A stretch of DNA of 64,000 nt. It comes from Dimorphilus gyrociliatus. Its lineage: Eukaryota; Animalia; Annelida. Positions 53,406 to 64,000 of the stretch are shown here, in pieces (position 1 is the stretch's first letter; every line of letters starts with the position of its first letter). Both the position numbers and the translations under genes were made by a program. The notes below the pieces were generated by a model. That model made no database searches, was not told the origin of the DNA, and saw only the letters and a list, made by a program, of their open reading frames with translations. The DNA lies in NCBI GenBank assembly GCA_904063045.1, contig CAJFCJ010000032.1:124001-188000 (forward strand). The letters run 5' to 3'.

Positions 53406-56400
53406 TTAACGATTATAACCGAATTCAGTTGCATCGTCAGCGGTAATGTCACCGTACATCCAAATATTTAGTCGTTTAGTTTTTGCTTTTTCTTGGTCCG
53501 CGGTATACTTCGTAAACAACTCGCGAACTTTCCTATCCCTCCTCTTAGTCTTATCGACAACAACGAATCCATTTGCTACCAACTGCTGGCCAATATCCTC
53601 TTGCGAGTGCAGAAGTTGAACAGCATCTAAATCGGTTGAAACGTGATATTCGACGCTCAATCTACACTCACAACCGTTAATTAATCGCCTCAATTCATCG
53701 CAAGCATCCTGTAAACAACATAAATGAATTTATTTGAAAAAATATTTACTAGGTGGCAAAATATCATGATTCTTACATATCGTGTATCTTCGTCCTCTGA
53801 AGGCAAAGTAACGCAAGCCAAAGTGTACTTTTTCGCTACAGCAGGCAAGTCTCTATAGGCTGCGGCAAGTGGAGCCAATTTAGAAATTTCCTGCCTTTCA
53901 GACTGTTAAAAACATCGGTATTCGTTGTAAATTTAAAATAGGTAGATGTTTTTTTTTTCTTTCAATTTAATTTTTTACTTACATTTCCGAAATCGATAAA
54001 AAGAATCTCTGCTTGTTTTTGTGCATCAATGCTCAAAATTTTTGCTCTGTACCAAGTTTGGTCTTCACTAAATTTTGCTACACAAAGATCACCTTTCTTT
54101 GGTTGGAAAGCCCCTGGTACTGGTGGATTCGATGCTAAATCGGTTCTCAATTCATTCATTAATTTATCCAAAGCTGGACCCTTGCCACTGTCCTGAGCAA
54201 AGAAGAAAAAGTCGTCACTTACTTCCGTAACGATTACGTTTTCGTACTCCTTTGTGTCTTTTCCGGTTTCCTCTGGCTTCTCATCAGATGGATCGATATC
54301 GATCTCGGGATGACTTTCTGCTTCGGCTTCATAATCTTGCCAGATGTTGAGCTTTTCCCTTTGAGCTGCACTTTGAGCAGAGCTTAAAGCGCCATAATGT
54401 GGTCCTCTCTCGGCGGAAAAGTGTAACTTTGCTAGACCGTTCTTAACCAAATATTCCGATAAATTAAGTCCGTCAAGTGTGTAAACGTATCCTATGAAAT
54501 TTCCACCCTTATCCATACTCTCAACAGCAACCTGAAATATAAGGCGATTGTTGTGTAAAATGTTTCTCACATATGCTCTCTCAAGTATACCTGAACATCG
54601 TGTTGCAGAACTTTTTCCTTTATTAAAGCTAAAGCTTCTTCTCCGAAAGGCTCAGCGGGTACATTTTGTCTACTGGCTTTTGGACATTCAATTCCAGCCA
54701 GTAAAATAGTGGCTATGCACGTATTTCTGGGCATGTAAACTCTTAATCTAGATCCGGAGGCTACAAATTCGACTAGTGCGTCAGTTTTACCTGCCCTTTG
54801 CAAGGATGGATAAAATTGCCTTGAAGCATTAACATTTCCCGAAAGATCTTGCACTCTAACGGGCACATATTCTTTTTTGCTGTGAACTCCAACATTCTTC
54901 TTTTCTGCTCTATTCTCAGCAGTCAAAAGTTGATCGTAGCATACAGCTCTCTGATTATCATCTTGTCTGTACCTTACGACAGTTGCATACCCTTTGGATA
55001 CCAAAGCTTCAGCAACATTAATATCTGCGATGTGCACAGTACAACATGTCTTTTCTGGAAATTGGTTAGATGCTGGTTGAATGTAATCAATTGACACCTT
55101 AACCCTTTTTCCAACCAATTTCTTTCTAAGAAATTCCCTAGCCTCAAACATATGAGGAATATCGTAAAGAGGTTTAATTTTCTTCTTATCAGGAGATGCT
55201 TTATCACTATCGTTAGGCAATCTTGGAGGTCTGATACTAGCCAAAAAGATTTTGCGATCAGTTCCATTGTCCATTTTGACGACAAGTGCATCTGCGTTAG
55301 CAATTTCAGTGACCTTAGCAGAGAACGATCTGCTTGAGCCATCTTGGACGGGAGAAGTATGCGAATTCGACGGTGGTTTGTAGTCTTTCCACAAACGGAC
55401 ATGACGTTCCTTAGCCGATTTTTCAGCCTTTCTCATCTTCTCAATTTCTTGAGTGACCTATAAAGAAGAATAGATAAAATTAATGTTTTTTCTTTCATTT
55501 CGTCTTTCATTCTTATTTAACAGTAATTTTCTTTCTTTATGTTTTACTTACACAGCCCATAGACCAATCTATACACTTTGCGAAACCCTCTTTCAGTAAT
55601 AGTTCACTGATATTTCCATTAGGATGTAAGACAGTTCCCAAGAAATTCATACCAGAGAGTCCTTCTAGGATAATTTCGACATCTCTTTGTAAAAGTCGAC
55701 ATTCGACAAAGTATTTTGCTTCTTCTGCAAATTCCTCGGGAACTTGCTTGTCACCTTCTTGTTTAAACATAGGCGTCTTGATTCCAGTTAACATAATGGT
55801 TATATATTCGAAATTCGGCAATAAAAACGCTCTGACTGTACATCCATCCCTGACGTGTTCGATAACAGCTTTTATCGGCTTGCTACGTCTTGAATCGACA
55901 AAATTTCTCATTCTATCCTTTTCAATATTCCATGAGATATCTCTTATGGTTTTATCAGCATCGTTTGCCCATTTACCTCTCTGGGCAGCCTTAGCACTCT
56001 CTTCCAAAGCAACTAATCTGGTCTAAAACGAAAAAATTTACTATTTGTAATTATATAAATTAAATTACAGATAAAAAACAATATACTGTATAATTAAAGA
56101 TTATAGGCTTAAAGAATATACATATATTTAAGATATAATATATATAAAAACCTGAGCTTCGCTGTCATTCTTTGCATTTCCTTTCCTAACACCTGCAAAT
56201 CCTAGCTCAACAAGAGATTCTGCAACATTTTCTCCTGTGTTGTCCTTTCCCAACCAAACGAAACCATATTCCCGGCCAGTTGTTGGTAGTTTATACTCGA
56301 TTGAAAAGCAAACTTCCTTTCCAATTAGTTTCTTTCGAAGAAATTCTCTTGCTTCCCAAGCACAAGGTGAATCTTTAACTTCAGAAGTGTTTGCTGGGTT

Positions 56401-56912
56401 GGGACGACGAGCAAGACGGGGTGCTTCGATGTTTGACAAGCAAATGGTTCTTTCTGGTGGAGGACCTCCTCTTGGTTGCCCTCTTATTACAATGCAGTCG
56501 CCAGAAACGATCTGTAATCAAAGTGAAAATGCTTTGTTGAGTGTTTCATACGTTTTTCAGAATAAAAGTTGTGTGTCTTAGAACTTTGATCATTTAAGTA
56601 GATTGATTGTCATCATAAGGTATATTTTCTAGGTCAAAACAAAATTTGATTAGATACAGAAGTTTCCAGAATAATATTCTTATTGGTAGTAGATCATTTG
56701 TGAGCTAAAATTTTTTATTTAACTGTTGAAGCTTATTGAAAATTTTACTCATCCGGCATGCTCGCCGACAAAAACATCTTTTTACTTGAGACAGACATAT
56801 TGTTGCCCTCCAAATTTTCTCCCGTTAAATCAAAAGTACTTTTTTTAATGTATTTAACACAAACCTGCTTAACAATTCCTTTATGGAGAGTAGGATTCGT
56901 TGTCGATGTCAT
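53406..56912 (-). CDS. SND1: Staphylococcal nuclease and Tudor domain-containing protein 1 (exons 56912-56865, 56511-56152, 56022-55552, 55457-54591, 54531-53983, 53902-53777, 53708-53406; 907 aa)
   Basis: GIVKQ|[20 protein letters not shown], four SN repeats, the Tudor motif [24 protein letters not shown], and a C-terminal [17 protein letters not shown]. Confidence 0.97.
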
Positions 56913-56949
56913 TCTGAGACAAACGAAAGCTTGGACACGTTAGTAAAAA

Positions 56950-56964
56950 CGGAAGTCACGTGAC
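56950..56964. promoter_or_regulatory. SND1 promoter: overlapping ETS (CGGAAGT) and palindromic GTCACGTGAC E-box
   Basis: CGGAAGTCACGTGAC lies ~40 nt upstream of the SND1 ATG. Confidence 0.5.
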
Positions 56965-58320
56965 TGACTTCGTGTCCAAGTAGGGAGGTGAATATGTGGC
57001 ACTTTTATAAAACTGAGTTAATTAAATTTAATAGATATTTATCAAAAAATATTTTACGGTAAATTATTTTTTAAAATATTTAGCGTTGATCGAAGAAGGA
57101 TACGAAAATAATTATGAATTTATTTTGGAACTTATCAATAGGCATAGTCTATTTCTAAATAATATTGGAATATCCTAATTCTTAAATAAATAAATAAATA
57201 AATATATAGACCTCTATATAGTATTTATATGTAAAACGCTTCGGCTTTACTTAAGTAAACAATTCCATTTAATTTCATAAATAAATAAATAAATATAAAT
57301 TTTGTTTCATAAAGTTCATATAACTCGGAAAGACAACACTAACAATTATATGTGCATAATTCTATAGAAGTATAGGTCATATATTTGATGTGTATACTAG
57401 TATATATAATAATGTATATATATATATAGTGTTTACAGTACACACTTATAAATATTATATGTAAGGGAACTGGTTGTTTCCTATATATCAATTTTATACT
57501 TGGTGGTTATAATAAGCTGATTATTTTCTATACACTACAACGGGTGCTTCTTAAACCAGTATAGTTTATGTAATAATAAAAGAACAAAATGAGAAGAAAA
57601 TCTCCTTTGTGTTGTTTCTATTAAAGAAATAGAATATATTTTAAGTTGTAAAATAAGTGCTAACATAGTCCCTTAAGTAGAACACAGTCGAGTCCCTATG
57701 AATATTTCGTATTAAATATATGAATAAAAGTTTAAAGATAACTTTGTTCAGTAAAAACTGCATTAAATAGAATGTAGGTGTACTGTTTTTAGTATTCAAG
57801 TATATCGCTAATATATATTATAAATTTATATCTTCTATAGATGGGTCAACGTAGTTATATCTTCGGTATTAATTCCAATTATCCATAGTGTATGTTTTTA
57901 TTAGTAGCGGGTTAATCAATTTAACAATACTTGACATTGGAAAAAAAAAGAATACGTTTAAGTGCAAATAACTTAAAATTCATTAGTAAGTGAGACAGAA
58001 ACAAATATTTAAAATAAAAAACATAATAAAATAAAATACTTTAGAAATCACACAGACAAATACAGTGTGGACGGATACAGAAAACAACAATCATTTCTCG
58101 TAAATGCAGTTTTTTCGAAGGGCATTTAAGGAATGCTGATAAAATATCTTTATTAATTTTCTTTCAAGAGTTGTTGTTAGGAATAATGCAAATGGAAAGA
58201 AGGAGGAATGGTATAGTGAAAAGGGATGAAAGGAAATAGAGATTGGGGAAAGTAGAGAAAGATAAGAATAGAAAAAAGAGAAAAAGTAATTTACATTAAA
58301 TATTGTATATATATAGTTCC

Positions 58321-58352
<32 letters not shown>

Positions 58353-58544
58353 AATGTATGCATAAAATGTTTGGAGACAATTAAAAAGCAAAAGAAACAA
58401 AAATAATACACAAACCCTTCAAAAATGCTGCTTGCGTGAACGTGCAATATCATTTTTACAGTTCTTTTGCATAAACGCGAATTCTTCAAATTATTTTTTA
58501 AAAAATATTTGATTTTTGAAAATAAAAACGAGTCCATGCAGAGT

Positions 58545-61500
58545 TTATTCACACGCCAACTTATTATCGAAACTCGACAAGGCGATTCCGAAGGCTTGCA
58601 AGGCGCACATAGGATAGCTATAATCCATAGTGAACACGTCTTCGGCTACTCTTCCAAATTGCATGACAATGTAGTCGACTGTAGGAACAATAAGGTAATA
58701 ATCGTATCTTTTGTGATTAGTCGTATTATTTATTTAAAGGTCAGCTACAAACCATCGTTATCGTGTACTATCTGAAAGTTCTTGACGGATGCTTGAGTAA
58801 CGCGACCGTGAAAATTTAAAACATAGGATTGTGTGTCCTCATTCCAAACTGGTGTCTTGTTATGTAATTCCAATAAATTTTCCATCCTTTTATGCTTCCA
58901 CCGTTCAACGAGACCGTCATGTTCAGTACGTGGTTGAACTTCGACTCGTTCATGCGACATATTCATGCCAGGTATTATTACAGACATTTTTCTAGGACCT
59001 TTAAAGCCCAGGACGTTTGTATCATAAACAACTGCAGCTAATTCTTTTCGTAGATTTGATCCATCTGGATGTTGATGGCCCTTTTTAGGACTTATTCCGT
59101 TGCTAAAGATAGTAAATTGAGTACCCAGCAGATTTGACCTGAGTTTTCCAATAAAACTTTCACCATTTCTCGACAAATCCGTGGGATCAATGCTAATTAA
59201 GTAATTTGCAGTAGCCGACTTTTTACGTTTCCGGCCAGCCAGTAAGAATACCTAAAAAAACGAAGGCTTGTTGACTGAGTGTTATAAATTGAGATAAAAA
59301 TAAAGTAGAAAAAAAAGGTCTATTTAGGACCGATCATGAGTAATAACAAGCATTTAATTTATTTTTAGTCGTGACAAGGGCTGATTATCATATCAACCTC
59401 TTATCAGTTATCCGATAAAATATTAAACATGAGCAGTCCATATATTTGTACCAACCGATAGATATAGTTAATAGAGAAAATTGTGAAAATCTTATAAATT
59501 GTGTTTGTTATTGAAGAAATAAAACAAATTTATATATATATATGTCTATATATATATATATATATAGACATATCATAAAATGGAAAGAGTAGAGAAATAA
59601 ATAAATAAATAAAAAAAAACCCTAAATATATCTTTTTTGTGTGTTTCGTGTTAAATAAAAATAAGAAGCTTTAGATGAAAACTAAGTTTGTGAGAACTGA
59701 AGAAAATAATATAAGAAAAATAAAAGAAAAAAGAATAAAAGTTCACAAGCTCTTTCATTCTTTCTCTTATTTTTAGTATTCTTTACTTACCTTTTCACCC
59801 TGTAGTATTTTTTTTTAAAGCACATGCATAAGTTTATAAGTAAGATCGCTTATTTTTTTATAGATTGATATTCTTTTTTTTATGCTAAGTAAATAAATCT
59901 ACATTAGTAATAATCCTATCGCCAGAATATATTAATCATCATAGAATAAAGGCTAAGATTATTTCTTCATACAGCAATTTTTGTATATTCTCAACTACAT
60001 AATAAGATGAAAGAAAAAAACACAAACGATATCATAAAACAACCTTTTCATTTTATTTAATAACTTTCTTGGCTTGTATTTTTGTTAGTTTGTTTGTCTT
60101 TCTCTCTTTCTTTGCTTTGGTTTAATTTTAATCAATACTTTAAATAGAATGTATTTGCTCTTTATGCAAATGCTAATATAATGAATTTCGTCTTTGAGTA
60201 TTTAAGTCTATCTTATTATCCTAGATTTTATCATTACAATAGTCAATGTACTAACCTTTTTCCCATCATCCCGTTCCATATGTAGATAATAGGTTGGATA
60301 CATTCCCCTATCAACGCCTTTTTTATCTCGAGTAATTCTACATTTTATCTGGACACCTTGAGGAGCTGGCTGCACTACAAAATTTTCTAGATCCTCTGCT
60401 GGATCAATACCAAGAGAGTTTTCATATTGGGGATCCTTCAAATTAAAAAAAAAACACAGGAAGTTATGAATAGTCTATTAGGGTATGACACGAAAAAGTC
60501 TAAAACCTTTATTTACTGCCTACATTAAAAGTACCATATATATATATAGACAAAATGCATCTATATATATATATATCTACATATATTTTCCGAGGAGTTG
60601 AATAATTTTGCTGCTTATTTTATGGCTAAGTAAACCTGTTGTTTTCTCTCCTCTTGTGACATATCACATTGATAAATCTCTCCACTGGAATTAGACCAAC
60701 ATGATACCGAAAAACTATGCACTTCCGTTGTGAAACGGAAGGTCGTTAGAAATATATAAAAAATTACTATTATTTTTTTTTTCCAAAAAAAAATTGAAAA
60801 AGAAAAAAAAGTACCTCTTCTTCTTCATCCCGAGCTTTATTAGTCGAATAACTCGAACGACTTCTTCCTGGTCCCGAAGGATTCGGTGCGAAATTTTCGT
60901 ACGAAGGTGGTCCTTGATTTCTAGGTTGCCTATCATTTCTTTTCTGATTACCATCTAAGAAAGAAAATATACACCTGTTAACAAAGAATACTAATCTATT
61001 GAACAAGACTTTTCCATCTATCTAAAATGAAGGATAAACGTGTGGCAACAACGTCACTAACTTTGTGAATTTTCTTCTCTTCTGGATTTTTTCTTTCTTC
61101 CTTCTGGCTTTCGGGCATTATTTCTATTCCCGATCGCATTGTCTATTTCATAATCATCTGAACAACAACAACTAGTCAACTGAGCAACATAGACATGCAA
61201 AAAAAATCCTAGGAAGGGACTTTTTTTTGTCAATTACAATAAATACATTATTCGGGCAATTTCCCTTCTGTTAGTGGCTTCAATCACAACGCCTGTAAAC
61301 TTTACTTCCCCCTTTTTCTTCTTGCCGGGAAGGAGGGAAAGCAGGAAAAATACTAGCAAAAAATACTTTACCTTGAGTTTCGATTGTTGGAATTGTGTCA
61401 ACGTCGTCTTGTATATCATAGTCATTCGTTTCGCTATTTTCCACTCCCTTAACAGATACCACCTATAAATTGAATAGCAAACAATATAGTAGTCCAGAAA

Positions 61501-61564
61501 GAATTCACTAATTAGAATAATGATGATATATATATATACGATTATTATTCAACGATTAAAGTAT

Positions 61565-61599
<35 letters not shown>

Positions 61600-62618
61600 C
61601 AAGTATTGCATGTATATCTATATATATATACACATATACGTTCTCTGTATATATGCAAATAAATGTTAAGCAAGAAATTAGGATTATGTTTTTATATATA
61701 TATATATAGAACGGCTTTCGTTTAAATATATTATACTTTTATGCGTTTTGTTCCTATTTTCTTATCGACTTTTTATCAATAATATTTTTTTTCATTTAGC
61801 AGAATGGATTTATATCTTGACAAATATTCGTCGAGTAGTATTGCTTAGTAAACTAATTACTAAAATACATAATAAATTTAAAAAAATAAAAAAATGAATC
61901 ATCATTTTTATCATGCAAAAAACTGTTAAATCGCCAAAGCCTCTAATCAGCCAATAGTAGTAAGCCATATCGGCAAATTCAATAAAATACTAACCGGTGT
62001 ATGAGAATATGCATTCGTAAGACCCTTATTCACAAAAAAACGGTCATAACAAGAACCAATGACTACATACAAAATAGCATATACTTGATATTTGACTTTG
62101 GTAAAGGCTTATATACTGGTCTGAACTTGCATCTAAGCAGAATGAGTCAGAATTTCTGTCTTTTTTTTTAGGCGATATCTAATGTTTGAGGGAACCAAAC
62201 CATATGAGGACAATTGCCAAAGTCAGATATCTTGTATGCTTATTTTAATAGGTTAGCCACTCACTTGGATAGCGGTTCTTCCTCCGTTATTTTCTCTATT
62301 ATCTTCGTATGGACCCACGTAAGCGTACGGTTCTGGACGACTTTCACCAATTTGGTTTTCTGTTATAAGTGGGGCCTCGTAGCCTTTTCCAGATTTCTTT
62401 GCACTTCGATTCGTTTTGTTTGACGCGACAGACGTACTGACTACTTGGCCTATTGGTCGATTTCTCTTCCTGATTTTGTCCTCCTCCATGCGGGCCCTTT
62501 GAGCATCTAGTTTTTGTTGACGAAGGTCCCGACCGGGAGTTGTTCCTCCACTGCCAACGCGATCATCCTCCGGATCGCAAACGGAGCCGGGAGGTCCCAT
62601 CCACCCTCCAGACGACAT
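58545..62618 (-). CDS. TUB: Tubby protein homolog (exons 62618-62265, 61462-61372, 61157-61062, 60954-60815, 60435-60256, 59251-58753, 58678-58545; 497 aa)
   Basis: Tubby domain [75 protein letters not shown], ending [10 protein letters not shown]. The N-terminal [14 protein letters not shown] motif is present. The middle low-complexity exons are inferred from phase. Confidence 0.93.
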
Positions 62619-63194
62619 ATCTGCAAAAAATAAAGAATATTTAGAGGAAGAAGTAGAAGCACAAGAGGAATGAATAGATAGACGTTTTTAAATAGTGGAA
62701 TAAGAATAAATAGTGCTTTAAGTCCCATTAAATTACAATCGTAAGCCGTATTTTCCTATCTCGTCAGCGCACGCGTAAACACTGTCATTCAAGCAATTTC
62801 ATTTTCTATGATAAATATTTTATAAGAATTCCATAGAATATTCTAATCGCCATTAAGAGTAGTTTTTAAGACTGGAAATACTTATATTCATTTCCTCGTT
62901 ATGTATTACGGTATGTATGAGTATTATTACGTATTCGGGTATTTAAAAATATCATAATAATAAAACATATCCAGATAAATTACGACAAAGAACTTTTAAA
63001 GATTTATTACGTTTCTGAGAGGTAGTCAAGCATACAGTTAAGGTAGCGAATATCAAAGTGAATATACACCTTTTTAATAGTCGCATATTATTAAAAGTAA
63101 GATATATTTCTTCTATATATTAATCAGTACATTATTAATACTCAGCCTATACTTATGTATAAATGCGTATCTGCACATATGTGTCTATAGATGT

Positions 63195-63198
<4 letters not shown>

Positions 63199-63236
<38 letters not shown>

Positions 63237-63340
63237 GTTTTTAAGCCTTAATTATCTACTTTCTCTCGAATCGACAGTTTATAGATTTTAATAAAAATTT
63301 GTTATTAATCAAACACGTCTGTCCAATGTGACTATGCCTA

Positions 63341-63377
<37 letters not shown>
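63199..63377. repeat. Two (TA)n microsatellites (~63199-63231 and ~63346-63376)
   Basis: Uninterrupted TA tracts in the Tubby 5' intron. Confidence 0.9.
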
Positions 63378-63379
<2 letters not shown>

Positions 63380-63929
63380 GCTTTTCAATAGATATTTCGC
63401 CCATTCAATTCTCTATATAACAAAAACTCTCAATATAATCAGACGCTCTTTTTTTTTCAGGTATATCGCGCAGCGTTACCAAGGAGACGTTTTTTTTCCA
63501 AGATATTGTCTAGCTCCAACTGTATAAAAGTCTCTTCCTTTGGCTAAGCTAAAAAATCGATATACTTTAATCGATCATCAATCAATAGGGCATTATCCTT
63601 GGCATTTTTGTCTACAATTCTACCTTCAACAACAAAAATCGGGCAGAGAAATAGGGGGAAAATGAAAATATAAAATATCTATTCAGCACTCTGCCTGCTT
63701 AATCATGTCCTTTTTTATATATTGAAATATCTAATAGTTTTTTTTACATTACAAAATCTAGTAGTTGTCCCGACTTGTTTATATACATATAAATCCATCG
63801 AATGAGTTACAAATAATAAGTTTAGATAATTAAAACTAATTCTGATTTGAATACAGATTTCTTTAAAAATATGAAACTATCAGCGAATAATACGGTAACA
63901 TAGATTTTCACGAGAAATTACAGACTTAC

Positions 63930-64000
63930 CTCTTACATACGTTGAGAATCGTATGAATGCGAGTCTTGCAGTAAAATTTTCTTAGTATCTGATTGGTCGA
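63930..64000 (-). promoter_or_regulatory. Probable Tubby promoter and non-coding first exon (CCAAT box near 63990-63999, donor GTAAGT just below 63930)
   Basis: The minus strand reads GACCAATCAG (NF-Y-like), then a short stretch ending GAG|GTAAGT. The coding exon at 62620 has an acceptor TTTTTTGCAG two nt before the ATG. Confidence 0.5.

Noticed and set aside
56803-56813. TTGCCCTCCAA, antisense to the conserved 18S rRNA segment TTGGAGGGCAA (possible snoRNA guide)
   Set aside because: It is on the strand opposite the host gene, has no D box after it and no C box upstream; an 11-nt match is compatible with chance.
53406-56912. All six SND1 introns are phase 0
   Set aside because: Phase 0 is the commonest intron phase and six introns is too small a sample.

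Overview
AT-rich, very compact animal genomic DNA. Most introns are GT-AG and 55-120 nt long, which recalls miniaturised spiralian genomes such as the annelid Dimorphilus (an unverified inference). I assembled 13 spliced protein-coding genes by hand with consistent splice phases. They are engrailed (-), a kinase-less BAMBI-like TGF-beta pseudoreceptor (+), an Arx/aristaless-family homeobox gene (-), a calcitonin-receptor-like class B GPCR with an extra Cys-rich N-terminus (+), a divergent beta-tubulin (-), ODF3/CIMAP1 (+), an anoctamin (+), CCDC137 (-), MRPL12 (-), PDI/P4HB (+), a MARVEL protein (+), Tudor-SN/SND1 (-) and Tubby (-). The first ~30 kb is a gene-sparse regulatory landscape; 33-63 kb is densely packed. 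The strongest non-coding signals are four. First, at least 16 exact TATAC(A/T)GTATA words in TA tracts, matching Tc1/mariner (Sleeping Beauty-type) excision footprints. Second, 7 exact CTCF-like YAGRTGGCG motifs, several just upstream of first exons. Third, a TCF plus helper-site cluster 3' of engrailed. Fourth, candidate alternative first coding exons in four genes. No tRNA, rRNA, CRISPR array or intact transposon was recognised. All counts are manual.
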